Assembly: GCA_038087875.1 (NCBI GenBank)
Contig: CM075996.1
Location: 3,908,030 to 3,972,000, forward strand
DNA length: 63,971 nt
Direction: 5' to 3'
Source of the DNA: Malacoraja senta
Taxonomy: Eukaryota
In this document: positions 12,565-24,050 of the stretch, piece by piece
How the letters are laid out: every line of letters starts with the position of its first letter
Position numbering within the stretch: position 1 is the stretch's first letter
Program-made: the position numbers and the translations under genes
The notes under the pieces: model-generated
Database searches by the model: none
What the model saw: only the letters and a program-made list of their open reading frames with translations
What the model was told of the DNA's origin: nothing

Positions 12565-13437
12565 ATGAAGATGAACACAGAGCAAGAAAAGCCTGGCTAC
12601 GACACGCAACATCGATTCTTGATCTACTCAGCCTGTGTCTTAACTTCAGCAGCTCTGATGTCGACTTGCGTTGCAGTGGTAGCTTTACACCACCTCCTCG
12701 CACTGAAAGGAGACATCTCGTCGATGAGAGAGGAACTGGACACATACAGACTCCACCTAGATCGTCTGGAAGCCCTGGCAAGATTAAATAAGGGCCAGGC
12801 GGCCAACTGGAGCAGTTCAGCGCGCCAGGTTAGTAAGCGTTTCAAGAAGCGACCCTCCCATGAGGATAAATCAAAAGACAGAATGAAATTTAGAATAAAC
12901 AGATCGATCTCTGAAGACGTTCAACAGGCCTGCGTGCAACTGATTGCCTCCAATGTCCAAAGACGGGTTGCCAGGCCGAGTAACTGTCACAAATGTGTAC
13001 CAGGAAGACCACAACAATCGTGCCGAGTTGAAAGAAGAACTGATACAAGTCAGAACCAAAGGGAGACAACTACTGTCCCCTGGATCCTAAGTTTGAAAAA
13101 GGGAAGTGCTCTTGACAAGAAGGGTAACAAGATCCTGGTGCGGGAAGCTGGTTACTTTCTGGTGTACAGTCAAGTCTGGTACAAAGATAATACGTTTACC
13201 ATGGGGCATTTTATAAAAAGAAATAAGGCCAGCATTGTTGGCAATGAGCTGCCCAATGTGATTCTGTTCCGGTGCATACAGAACATGTCTGCCTGCTGCC
13301 CAAATAATTCTTGTTTCACCGCTGGCATTGCCCGGCTCGAAGTGGGAGATGAGCTTGAACTTGTAATACCACGAACACAAGCACAAATCGCATTAAACGG
13401 TGACGGGACATTCTTTGGAGCAATAAAACTGCTGTAA
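12565..13437 (+). CDS. tnfsf13b: BAFF / TNF superfamily member 13B-like type II membrane cytokine, single coding exon (290 aa from ATG 12565; the ORF is open from 12472)
   Basis: Hydrophobic TM segment FLIYSACVLTSAALMSTCVAVVAL, stalk and RINR furin-type site. TNF homology domain with BAFF hallmarks CVQLIA, VPWILSLKKGSAL, GYFLVYSQV, flap KASIVGNEL, LFRCIQNM, PNNSCFTAGIARLE and TFFGAIKLL*. No introns, stops or frameshifts. Confidence 0.93.
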   Translation: MKMNTEQEKPGYDTQHRFLIYSACVLTSAALMSTCVAVVALHHLLALKGDISSMREELDTYRLHLDRLEALARLNKGQAANWSSSARQVSKRFKKRPSHEDKSKDRMKFRINRSISEDVQQACVQLIASNVQRRVARPSNCHKCVPGRPQQSCRVERRTDTSQNQRETTTVPWILSLKKGSALDKKGNKILVREAGYFLVYSQVWYKDNTFTMGHFIKRNKASIVGNELPNVILFRCIQNMSACCPNNSCFTAGIARLEVGDELELVIPRTQAQIALNGDGTFFGAIKLL

Positions 13438-14077
13438 AATGTTAGCCAAAACTTTGCAAGCAAAGCGCCTCCCTATTTTTACAGCAAAAAATCCCAGCAA
13501 CCTCAATTCTTCCTTGATTTACTGTGCTGAACAAAATGCCTGATTTTAAAAATATATATATATCTTACCGAAAGAGGAAACGGTTTCCTCATGCAGCAGG
13601 AAAATAGAAGGAGCAGCTAGCAGAAGTTTCTGTCTTCTGTTCATGGTTAAGTCAGGTTGAAACAAATCTGTGAACCGATCTGGATGGAGTCATCATTCAA
13701 AACCTTGTTCTTCCTTTGGAATTGGAGGAAATTGAAGATGCGTAAATTACAGAGGAACCCAAAATCTGTTTAGTTTATCAGTTCAGTTTTCAGTTTGGTT
13801 TAATGACACATGCACTGACGTACCAGTGAAATGCTTTTGTAACTCAGCGGGACAGACGGGCAGCATCTCTGGAGAGAAGGAATGGGTGACGTTTCGGGTC
13901 GAGACCCTTCTTCAGACCGATCCTTTCTTCACAGAGGGGGAGCAGTGACAGAGGACGTTGCTGAACCCTCGTCGGAGAGAGGAGGAGAACTTCTTCAAAG
14001 AAGACATACCTTGAGATTTCGCAATGGAGTGGACAAAATGTGTAGGAAAGAACGGCAGATGCTGGTTTAAATGGAAG

Positions 14078-14244
14078 GTAGACACAAAATGCTGGAGTAA
14101 CTCAGCGGGACAGGCAGCACCTCTGGAGAGAAGGAATGGGTGACGTTTCGGGTCTGAAGAAAGGTCTCAACACGAAACGTCACCCATTCCTTCTCTCCAG
14201 AGGTGCTGCCTGTCCCGCAGAGTTACTCCAGCATTTTGTGTCTA
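14078..14244. mobile_element. Palindromic Penelope-derived repeat (inverted pair of terminal repeats)
   Basis: tagacacaaaatgctggagtaactc...tgacgtttcg / cgaaacgtca...gagttactccagcattttgtgtcta. Confidence 0.8.
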
Positions 14245-14282
14245 GCAAAGAGGTTTCCATAGATTCAACCATTGGGAAGTTA

Positions 14283-14519
14283 AGGGCATGACCCACTTTC
14301 ACGACCTAATTCACGACCTTTTTACTCGTGGACATTTTTCATCAGGCTAGAAAAAACGCCCCAACCTACTTGATGCCACGAGTACCTACGACTAGCATCA
14401 CGGCCTGCTACGACCTACCTACGACCTCCTACGACCTCGTGACGACCATGCTGCGAGTATGAGTCAAGGGCAAACTCAGCAGAGGTCGTGAATTAGGTCG
14501 TGAAAGTGGGACAGGCCCT
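14283..14519. mobile_element. PIF/Harbinger MITE
   Basis: TIRs agggc..cccactttcacgacctaattcacgacc / ggtcgtgaattaggtcgtgaaagtgggacaggccct; TTA target duplication on both sides; second copy at 54971-55186. Confidence 0.85.
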
Positions 14520-14960
14520 TTACACTGACTCCCACGACTCTTCCACGATATGCAAAACAAGAAATGCCATCTCTTCATCACGACCTCTGCTAGTGCCGGA
14601 GGATTAGATTGGTATTAATTCAAAAGGAATATTCCTTTTCTCCAGAGAGATGCTGCCTGACCCACTGAGTTACTCCAGCTTTTTGTGTCTATCTTCGGTT
14701 TAAACCAGCATCTGCAGTTCCTTCCGACACATTAAGAAGCAAACCTAAAGTCACAGGGGAAGTATAAGGGTGTTAAGGGACAATGATAGTTCCCTTTTTT
14801 GACTGAAGCATTTAGAATAGGGAGGTCATGCTCGATCTGTATGAAACAATGTTTAGGCCAGAGCCACTACGTTGAATTGCTGGATTCCATGTGGTGAAGG
14901 TATTGCCACTGCCATATTGCCACTGCCACAGGTATTGGCAGGTATTGCCACTGCCACAGC

Positions 14961-15422
14961 AGACTGTCATATGCTGAGAGAATGGAGCAGCTGGGCTTGT
15001 ACACTCTGGAGTTTAGAAGGATGAGAGGGAATCTCATTGAAACATATAAGATTGTTAAGGGTTTGGACACGCTGGAGGCAGGAAACATGTTCCCCATGTT
15101 GGGGGAGTCCAGAACCAGGGGGCACAGTTTAAGAATAAGGGGTAAACCATTTAGAACGGTGACGAAGAAACACTTTTTCTCACAGAGAGTTGTGAGTCTG
15201 TGGAATTCTCTGCCTCAGAGGGTGGTGGAGGCGGGTTCTCTGGATGCTTTCAAGAGAGAGCTAGATAGGGCTCTTAAAGATAGCGGAGTCAAGGGATATG
15301 GGGAGAAGGCAGGAACGGGGTACTGATTGGGAATGATCAGCCATGATCACATTGAATGGCGGTGCTGGCTTGAAGGGCCGAATGGTCTATTCCTGCGCCT
15401 ATTGTTTATTGTCTTGTCTATT
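14961..15422 (+). mobile_element. CR1 LINE 3' fragment
   Basis: ORF 14982-15326 is the CR1 ORF2 C-terminus; tail present; target motif tattgccact on both flanks. Confidence 0.92.
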
Positions 15423-17089
15423 GCCACTTGGAGTAGTGAATTCCAGGTTTCAGACCCAGCTATGATGAAGGAAGACAAATGCAACTGCAGATGTTGGATC
15501 TGGATTTTAAAAAACACAATAACTCGGCAGGTCTTGCAGCAACTGTGGAGGCAAAGGATGCATGTCCACGTTTCGAGTTGGGACCCAACATCAGGACTGA
15601 AGGACTACTTTGTAACTTTGTCGATGCCCTTTATCTGGCGACTCTTTGCATACCCTGGGTGTGCGAAACAAAGAATATCACTGTGACTGGTCACACGTGA
15701 CAATAATGTATCATTCATTCTCTCTGAAGCCGAAGGTATCTATTTATTTCCAGATAAGAGTAGAAAATGTTGAAGATAATCGGCAGGACAAGCAGCATTA
15801 AAGAATGTATATTTAAGGTAATCGACAGCAAGATCAGAGGGAAGTTACAAATAGTTTTTCATCCGGAATATAGTGGGGTTCTAACACTAGGTGCCAGAGA
15901 GCGGGGACCAAAATCCCTCTTGTATACAATAGACAATAGACAATAGGTGCCGGAGTAGGCCATTCGGCCCTTCGAGCCAGCACCGCCATTCAATGTGATC
16001 ATGGGGTGGCTGTCTATGCACCAGTCTCCCCACGTTAAACAAAGCCACGCACAGGCGTCCTCCAAATAGGGAATAGCACCCTGGAGACACCCATGGGCAG
16101 CCATGGCCGAAGGGGGCCTAGGAAGATAGCTCTACCATTTACTCGAATGTCCATAGACAATAGACAATAGGTGCAGGAGTAGGCCATTTGGCCCTTCGAG
16201 CCAGCACCGCCATTCAATGTGATCATGCCTGATCATCCCCAATCAGTACCCCGTTCCTGCCTTCTCCCCATATCCCCTGACTCCGCTATTTTTAAGAGCC
16301 CTATCTCTTGAAAGCATCTAGAGAACCTGCCTCGACCGCCCTCTGAGGCAGAGAATTCCACAGTATAATAATTACCTGAAAGAGCACTTAGCGTTTGGTC
16401 ACTAAGTCAAAAGCTGGGATGTGGGAATAGTCCCCATAATTTCTCTGTCGGCACAGTGAACCAATTAGCCACATTCTATCCCGTAAATTTATTCGTTAAA
16501 TTATTTCTTGAACCATGAGTCTTAAAAATAATTTTAAAGGAATCAAAGAGTTATTAGACTTGTTTTCAAAAGAGCTTCAATTATTAGGGTCTCGACCCGA
16601 AACGTCACCTACTCCCTTTCTCCATAGATGCTGCCTCACCCGCTGAGTTTCCCCAGCATTTTTTTGTCTATTTTCCATTTTTCCAGCATCTGCAGTTCCT
16701 TCTTAATCAATTACTATTATGATCTGCAGTACTTCATTGGGACCTCATGTGGACGAAGGAACTGCAGATGCTGGTTTACGTCGAAGATAGACACAAAATG
16801 CTGGAGTAACTCGGTGTGACAGGCAGCATCTCTGGAGAGAAGGAATGGGCGACGAACACCTTTACTCTCTAACAATAAATTAAATCTCCTGCATCAATGA
16901 TCAACTCAGAAGAAATTGGCTGATAATTTAGACATGTCTGTCTGCGGGTAAACGAGTGGATGGCTCCTTCCTGACTGTAGTCTCTCAATGGTAAATCTGA
17001 CAGCATCTTCTGGTCATCTTCATGGCTGCAGTGCCTTTGTAGCTAAGTACCTGGTCCTTTGTGACCAAGTTCAACAGGCTATATCTTAT

Positions 17090-17442
17090 CTTGATCTTAT
17101 AGAGGTGTATAAAATGATGAGAGGAATACATTGGGTAGACGCACAAAGTCTCTAGCCCAGAGTAGGGGAATCAAAGACCAGGGGACATAGGTTTAAGGTG
17201 AGGGGGGGGAAGATTTAAATAGGAACCTGAAGGGTAACTGTTTAACACAAAGGGTGGTGGATGTATGGAACGAGCTGCCAGAGGAGGCAGTTGAAGCAGG
17301 GACTATCGCAACGTTAGACAGGTACATGGATCGGACAGGTTTAGAGGGATATGGGCCAAACGCAGGCAGGTGGACTAGTATAGCTGGGACATGTTGGCCG
17401 GCGTAGGCAAGTTGGGCCGAAGGGCCTGTTTCCACGCTGTAT
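17090..17442 (+). mobile_element. CR1 LINE 3' fragment (second subfamily, with SINE-shared tail)
   Basis: gatcttatagaggtgtataaaatgatgagagg...ggaacgagctgccagaggagg...gttgggccgaagggcctgtttccacgctgta. Confidence 0.85.
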
Positions 17443-18011
17443 GGCTTTATTCAGCTGTCTCCCATGTATCTCCTGCGTCCTCTAGTTTGGATATCTCATT
17501 TGCCCACCCCAATCCCTCAGCTGCGGAGTGCAAATTCCTGCTTGTCAAACTTTCACCAAGCATTATGTGCACAATAACTTAGCTCACAGTATATTATGTT
17601 ATGTGTCAGCTTCACATTTGCTTTAATATCACAGAACTACAAATAAATTGACCTCGTATAGTCTGGTCTCATATAGTCTAGCCCAAATGTGTTAAGAATT
17701 CGAGAGCAAAGGAACTTTTCACTTTGGCATTTCAAACAGATACATTCTGTTGGATATGATAAGGGGCATCCTTCCACTGTCGCAGAAATATTTAGAGAAT
17801 GACAATAATCCACTGTACTATTTTCTCAATGCTTTTGTGCTTTTGGAAACTTATTTTCAAATGTAGAATACTTTTTGAATGTGTCTATGCAACTGTACAG
17901 GCAGTCTATTGGTGTGACCATTCCTTGAAACTGTAAGAAAATTGATTTGTGAATTTTGGGATGACTGTGTATTGATTGTATAATATATATCTATATTTCT
18001 ATAATCAAGGA

Positions 18012-18046
18012 AATAAACTTTAAAATAGAATTTTCGAGAAAAAAAA
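18012..18046 (+). promoter_or_regulatory. Candidate polyadenylation signal followed by an A8 tract (possible 3' end of the BAFF transcript or retrocopy)
   Basis: AATAAA at 18012-18017 and aaaaaaaa at 18039-18046, after an AT-rich non-repeat 3'UTR-like stretch. Confidence 0.4.
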
Positions 18047-18519
18047 TCAGTTGATCGTCAGATTCTGCCTGGATTTGTTACTCACTCATGAATTAAGGAA
18101 TTAACCACATATTTATTTTGAGAACAGTTGAACATCTGAGAGAGCTTTAAGGGGACGTGGTGATCGGTCCTGAGCATTTTAGGCTCTTAAAGGAGCGTTA
18201 TTGTCCAGTCAATATCTGGAGCTAGTTGGGTTAGTTTGCTGTAGGGTTAGTAAGGGGATCAAAGGTCACAGAGAGAAGGAAGGAGAATGGGGTTGAGGGA
18301 GAAATAGATAAATGTACAGAGTCTTTTACCCAGAGTCAGGGAAGCAAGAACCAGAGGACATATTATAGGTTTAAGGTGAGGGGGGGGGGGAAAGATTTCA
18401 TAGGAACTTGAGGGGTAACTTTTTGACACAAAGGGTGCTAACTATTTGGAACGTGCTGCTGGAGGAGGTAGTTGAGGCAGGTTTGGACAGGTACATGGAT
18501 ACGATAGGTTACAATGCGA

Positions 18520-19075
18520 AAAATATCCATTGAAGGCCTCCGTAGCCTTCTGTGGCAATGAAATCCACAGATTCACCAACGTCAGACTAAAGAAATTCCT
18601 TCTCATCTCCTTCCTAAAGGAACGTCCTGTAAATCTGAGGCTATTACCTCTAGTCCTTGACTCTCCCACTAGTGGAAGCATCCTCTCCACGTCCGCTCTA
18701 TCCAGGCCTTTCACTATTGAATGAGGTCCCCCCCTCATCTTTCTAAACTCCAGCGAGTACGGGCCCAGTGCCGTCAAACGCTCATCATATGTTAACCCAA
18801 TCGTCCCTGGGATCATTCTCGTAAATGTCCTTTGCACCCTCTCCAGTGCCAGCAAACCCTTCCTCAGATATGGGGCCCACAATTGTTCACAGTACTCCAA
18901 CTGCATTCTGACCAGCGCCTATCAAAGCCTCGGCATTACGATCCCCCCGTTCTACATTCTAGGCCTCTCGTATTAAATGCGAACATTGCATTTGCCTTCC
19001 TTACTACCGATTCGACTTGCAAATTAACATTTTGGGAATCCTGCAATGGCACTCCAAAGTGCCTATGCACCCCCA
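18520..19075 (-). mobile_element. CR1 LINE ORF2 fragment
   Basis: QLEYCEQLWAPYLRKGLLALERVQRTFTRMIPG...RTRGNSLRF. Confidence 0.9.
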
Positions 19076-21552
19076 TGATAGGTGGTGTTTCGGGTCGGGA
19101 GCCTTCTTCAAACTGATGAGGGTTGAAATTAGTTACGCCAGTGACTGGTCAATCCTCACTTAAGAGATAGAATTTTTTTTTTTTTTTTTTTAATTTTTAT
19201 TTATTAGAAGTACATTACATTACAACCACATACATTAATACTCGTCATTTATATCTTCTTACAATTAATGTACTCCCTTTATTTATTTTTTTACACTAGA
19301 AAAGGAAAAGATTGAAAGAAAGAAGAAAGTGAAGGAAAAAGTGAAAGTGTAGAAAAGTGTAGAAAATGTAACAACAAAAAAGGACGAAGACCCTATAAGA
19401 GCAAAATTAAAAACAAAAAGCAAAAGAGTTAAGAAATAGGCCCTAGGAAAAAAAAGAGAAAGAGAGGGAAAAAAAAAAAAAGAAAAAAAAATTTTTTTTT
19501 GAGCATTACGTAAATAGGACATACCAACTCTTCAACTATCATCCCCCCTTACCTGACCTCAATTTTTTATTTTTTTTTAAAGTACTTTTGCACCATATGT
19601 TTGTAATAATTCTATAAATGCAGACCACGTCAGGTGGAAGTGATCTGGTTTACCTGCTAGGAGGAGTCTTATCTCTTCTAGGTGTAACTTAAGAGATAGA
19701 ATGATCAACACAGAACCCTTCACCCTGCTCCCCACCAAAGTGGGTAAGGCAATGGAAGGAATTGACTGAGCAACTGTACTCATTTTCCTCATAGAAGGAA
19801 GCACATTCTACTTCTGCATGCTTATTGAAATTTGAGGAGCAGACAGACCATCCCCATCCACACTTCCCACCACGGGATAAGATGAATTTAACCATGAATT
19901 CTTGAAACCATCAACGCCTGAAAAAGGGTCTCGACCCAAAACGTCACCTATTCCTTTTGTTTAAAGATGCTGACCGACCCGCTGAGTTACTCCACCTTTT
20001 TGTGTCTATCTTCGGTTGAAAGCAGCACCTGCAGTTCCTTCCTACACATACCCCCGATTTGCTACGGAACTTCCTTTTAGCTTGAAAATATAAAATGGGC
20101 AAATACCCATGACACTCAGTTTTGACTCCTGTATTAAATGGATGCCCTGGTTTCAATAGAGAAACATAGTTCCAGATTCTCCCGACAACTGGAAACTGTC
20201 TCAATCTGATGTCTGATGTATTCAAGAGAGAGTTAGATTTAGCTCTTGGGGCTAACAGAATCAAGGATATGGGGAGAAAGCAGGAACGGGGTACTGATTT
20301 TGAATGATCATGTTGAATGGTAGTGCTGGCTCGAAGGGCTGAATGGCCTACTTCTGCACCTATTGTTCTATGTTTCTATGTCTGTCCTGTCAAGAATCCT
20401 CAGGATTCCATCTCCAACCAAGTATACCTTAACTTGTCTTAACTCCATTGGAAGTATACTTGGTCTGTCTGTTCAATGTTTTGTAATCACGAAGATTTAT
20501 ACCAATACAGAACCTGTCAACAACTAAAAAAACTGACGCAAAGTGCTAGAGTAACTCGGCGGGTCAGGCAGCATCTCTGGAGAACACGGCGGGGGGATGT
20601 ATCGGGTCGGGACCCTTCTTCAGTCACTCCAGAACTTTGTATCTTTTTCTTGAAAACCAGCATTTGCAGTTCTTAGTGTCTGCCATCAACTAATCCAGGT
20701 GTGATGTTAGATTTGAGTCCTACCAATAATGAAAGAAAAAGTACCCAGAATGGACAGCAGATGGCACTTTATGTTTAAGAGAGTAATTTCTGCAGCATTT
20801 TTGTCTACCTTCGATTTTCCAGCATCTGCAGTTCCTTCTTTAACACTTTGTCTACTCCACTGCGAAATCTCCTCAAGGTATGCCTACTTTGAAGAAGTTC
20901 TCCTCCTCTCTCCGGAGACAGTTCCACAAGCACCTCTCTAACTGCCCCATCTCTGTGCCTCCTCCACCTTTTTTCCTTTTTTCCTTTCTTCTCCCCACCC
21001 CCTATCAGTCTGAAGAAGGGTTTCGGCCCGAAACGTTGCCTATTTCCTTCGCTCCATAGATGCTGCTGCACCCGCTGAGTTTCTCCAGCTTTTTTGTGTA
21101 CCTTTGAGTAATTTACAATATGGAATACTTCCCTTTAAAGTGTATGAAGCTGATTCAAGACATTTCTCTTCGAGTGGCAATTGGTAAATTATTAAAATGG
21201 AAAACAATTGCCTGAGATGCACAGGGCAAAGATGGTTGGAGTGCTATTTCATAGAGAAGGCACAAGAATATGGTACAAATGTCAGCCTTTTGTTGTCTGT
21301 GAATCCACATTGGGCAAGATTGTTAGGTAACATCTTTTCAACCTGGTTCAATCATCCTTTAGTCGCATTGAATTCGAACAAAACTGAGTACTCTCACCAC
21401 ACAGACCGAATGTTTACCGCACAACATTCAATGCAATGTATGGGGTAATTGCTGGTCTGCGCGGACCTGGTGGGCCGAAGGGCCTGTTTCCACGTGGTAT
21501 CTCTAAAGTAAAAGTACAAAAGTATAGCAATACAACCCAAAGTGTTTGGAAC

Positions 21553-21905
21553 TGAAGGTACACAAAAATGCTGGAGAAACTCAGCGGGTGCAGCAGCATC
21601 TATGGAGCGAAGGAAACAGGCAACGTTTCGGGCCGAAACCCTTCTTCAGACTGATAGGGGGTGGGGAGAGGAAAGGAAAAAAAGGCGGAGGAGGAGCCCG
21701 AGGGCTGGGGGAGGGGAGGAGACAACCAGAGGGGTGATGAAGGGGAGGGGACAGCAAGGGCTAGCAGAATTGGGAGAATTCAATGTTCAAGCCCCCAGGA
21801 TGTAGACTGCCCAAGCGGAATATGAGGTGCATTTCCTCCAATTTCCGGTGTTGCTCGCTGTGGCCATGGAGGAGACCCAGGACAGAGAGGTCAGATACGG
21901 AATGT
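21553..21905 (-). mobile_element. Penelope-like element 3' end (GIY-YIG C-terminus plus terminal repeat)
   Basis: Minus-strand translation SDLSVLGLLHGHSEQHRKLEEMHLIFRLGSLHPGGLNIEF, followed by the ctgaagaagggtttcggcccgaaacg repeat. Confidence 0.8.
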
Positions 21906-22637
21906 TTGGAACTGAGTTGGTTCTCTAATTTTCTTCTGTGTTCAATGGGATCCCCGTTGATGCAACCGATTCTAGTGATGTGAGGTGGGTGTGAAAGCCC
22001 AATCTTGCTCTTAGCTTTGTGTTCAAGGTGAAGATAGACATAATAAAGCTGGAGTAGCTCAGCAGGTCAGACAGCATCCCTGGAGAAAAGGAATAGGTGA
22101 CATTATGAGTCGAGACCCTTCTTCAGACTGAGAGTCAGGGGACAGGGAAACGATAGATGTGGACGATGATCAAGAGAGAAGTTGAACAAATGAATGAAAG
22201 ACTTGCAAAAAAGTTACGATGATCAAGGAAGCAGGCTATCGTTAGCTGTGGGCTCGGTAAGAATGAGTACAGACAATGGGGCTCAACAAGATGACTTTCA
22301 AGCTGGTGATAGACACCAAGTACTGGAGCAACTCAGTGGGACAGGCAGAATCTCTGGATGGAAGGAATGGGTGATGTTTCGGGGCGAGACCCTTCTTCGG
22401 ACCGAGTGTCAGGGTAGAGGGTAACGAGATAGGGAGGGGTACAAAGAACATGTAAGTACATCAGGGGGACAGCTTCTGACACTTTACAGCCTTAGACAGC
22501 TTGAGATAGAACACTTCAGAAAAATAATTAGGGTTGCGATTTCTTAGATGTTACGCAAGATAAATACTTTCTGATGTAAGGCCAGACACAGACCCACACA
22601 GCAAGAAGGCCAATTTACCAGAGTCTTGATTTTTCAA

Positions 22638-22936
22638 GGTGGCGCAGCGGTAGAGTTGCTGCCTTACAGCGCCAGAGACCCAGGTTCGATCCTGACTATG
22701 GGTGCTGTCTGTACCGAGTTTGTATGTTCTCCCCGTGGGTTTTCTCCGACATCTTCGGTTTCCTCCCACACTCCAAAGGCGTGCAGGTTTGTAGGTAAAT
22801 TGGCTTGGTATAAGAGTAAATTGTCCCTAGTGTGTTTGTAGGATAGTGTTAATGTGCGGGGATCGCTGGTCGGGGTGGACTCGGTGGGCCGAAGGGCCTG
22901 TTTCCGAGCTGTATCTCTAAAACTAAACTAAACTAA
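22638..22936 (+). mobile_element. tRNA-derived V-SINE (HE1-like), full length; representative of about 15 copies in the window
   Basis: Pol III A/B boxes ggtggcgcagcggtag / ggttcgatcc; V-domain gtttgtatgttctccccgtgggttt...ggtttcctcccac; CR1-like tail gggccgaagggcctgttt; (aacta)n end. Confidence 0.9.
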
Positions 22937-23050
22937 TCCCCTGATTGGCCTGGGTCCCATCAACTCCTCCCATGGATGTCACTTGCCATCTTCCACTCTT
23001 GTTCATTGGTGCTTGGACTCATGAGCAATCACAAACTGGCTATCAGGAAT

Positions 23051-23110
23051 GCCAATCATCATTGTGAAGTCGACCTATAACCACACTGTGAGCTGAGCCA
23101 GCACTATAAG
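23051..23110 (+). promoter_or_regulatory. Candidate core promoter of ferritin gene A (CCAAT plus TATA-like box)
   Basis: gccaatc at 23051 and tataag at 23105, ~57 nt upstream of the ATG. Confidence 0.4.
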
Positions 23111-23161
23111 TACAAGGGCCTGAGTGAGCAATAAGACAATTCTTGAGCTTCAAGGAAGAAG

Positions 23162-23263
23162 ATGGCTTCTCAAGTGCGTCAGAACTACCACAAGGACTGT
23201 GAAGATGCTGTCAACAGGCAGATTAACATGGAGCTCAATTCCTCCTATGTTTACCTTGCCATG
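23162..23263 (+). CDS. Ferritin gene A exon 1 (H/M-type subunit, 173 aa total)
   Basis: [34 protein letters not shown] followed by donor GTAAGT at the conserved ferritin intron-1 position. Confidence 0.95.
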
Positions 23264-23692
23264 GTAAGTCCATTCTTTGCTGAAAGCTGTAATTCAATGA
23301 ATAATATGAACTGTTTCTCTTCCGGGTGATATCTGTATACTGCAGGATACTTTTGAGTTCATGTTTTGGTCTATAATTGTAGTGGCAGTCCTTCAAAGAG
23401 TTTAGAAAGCAACACTTTCTCAAGACTGGCTGTGTTTGTAACTGAAAGTTCTCCTGAAATTACCTTGGGGTCCATGAATGAATGAAAGATATGCAAACAA
23501 AGTAAGAGACTCAATGCTGGAGTAACTCAGTGAGACTTACTCACAATGTCCTGTCGGTGAAACCTAATTCTACTTTCATGCAGTAGATGTGAAAGACCAT
23601 GATATACTTTGTGCCTGGTTCTCTTATTTCCACCACATTGTCAAAGCCCAAGCATTGAACATTTCAATTAGAACATCTATGCGCACTCTTCA

Positions 23693-24050
23693 TAAGGTCA
23701 AAAGTGAGAGGAGCAGAATTAGGCCATTCGGCCCATCCAGTCTCCTCTGCCATTCATTCATGGCTGGTCTATCTCTCCCTCCAAACCCCATTCTCCTGCC
23801 TTCTCCCCATAACCCCTGGCACCCGTACTAATCAAGAATCTATCTATCTCCGCCTTTAAAATAGCCATTGACTTGGCCTCCACAGCCGTCTGTGGCAAAG
23901 AATTCCACAGATTCATTCCCCTCTGACTAAATAAATTCCTCCTCATCTCCTTCCTAAAGGAACGTCCTTTAATTTTGAGGCTGTGACCTCTAGTCTTAAA
24001 CTCTCCCACTAATGGAAGTATCCTCTCCACATCCACTCTATCCAAGCCTT
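23693..24050 (-). mobile_element. CR1 LINE 3' fragment in ferritin A intron 1
   Basis: DRVDVERILPLVGEFKTRGHSLKIKGRSF...NLWNSLP. Confidence 0.88.

Noticed and set aside
14380..14450. Short ctacgac repeats resembling a CRISPR-like array
   Set aside because: Internal subterminal repeats of a Harbinger MITE in eukaryotic DNA; no spacers or cas genes.
22638..22710. tRNA-like sequences with A and B boxes (many copies)
   Set aside because: They are SINE heads continuing into the V-domain and LINE tail, not tRNA genes.
23121..23130. ARE-like TGAGtgaGCA near ferritin A
   Set aside because: Short degenerate motif lying downstream of the TATA-like box; expected by chance.
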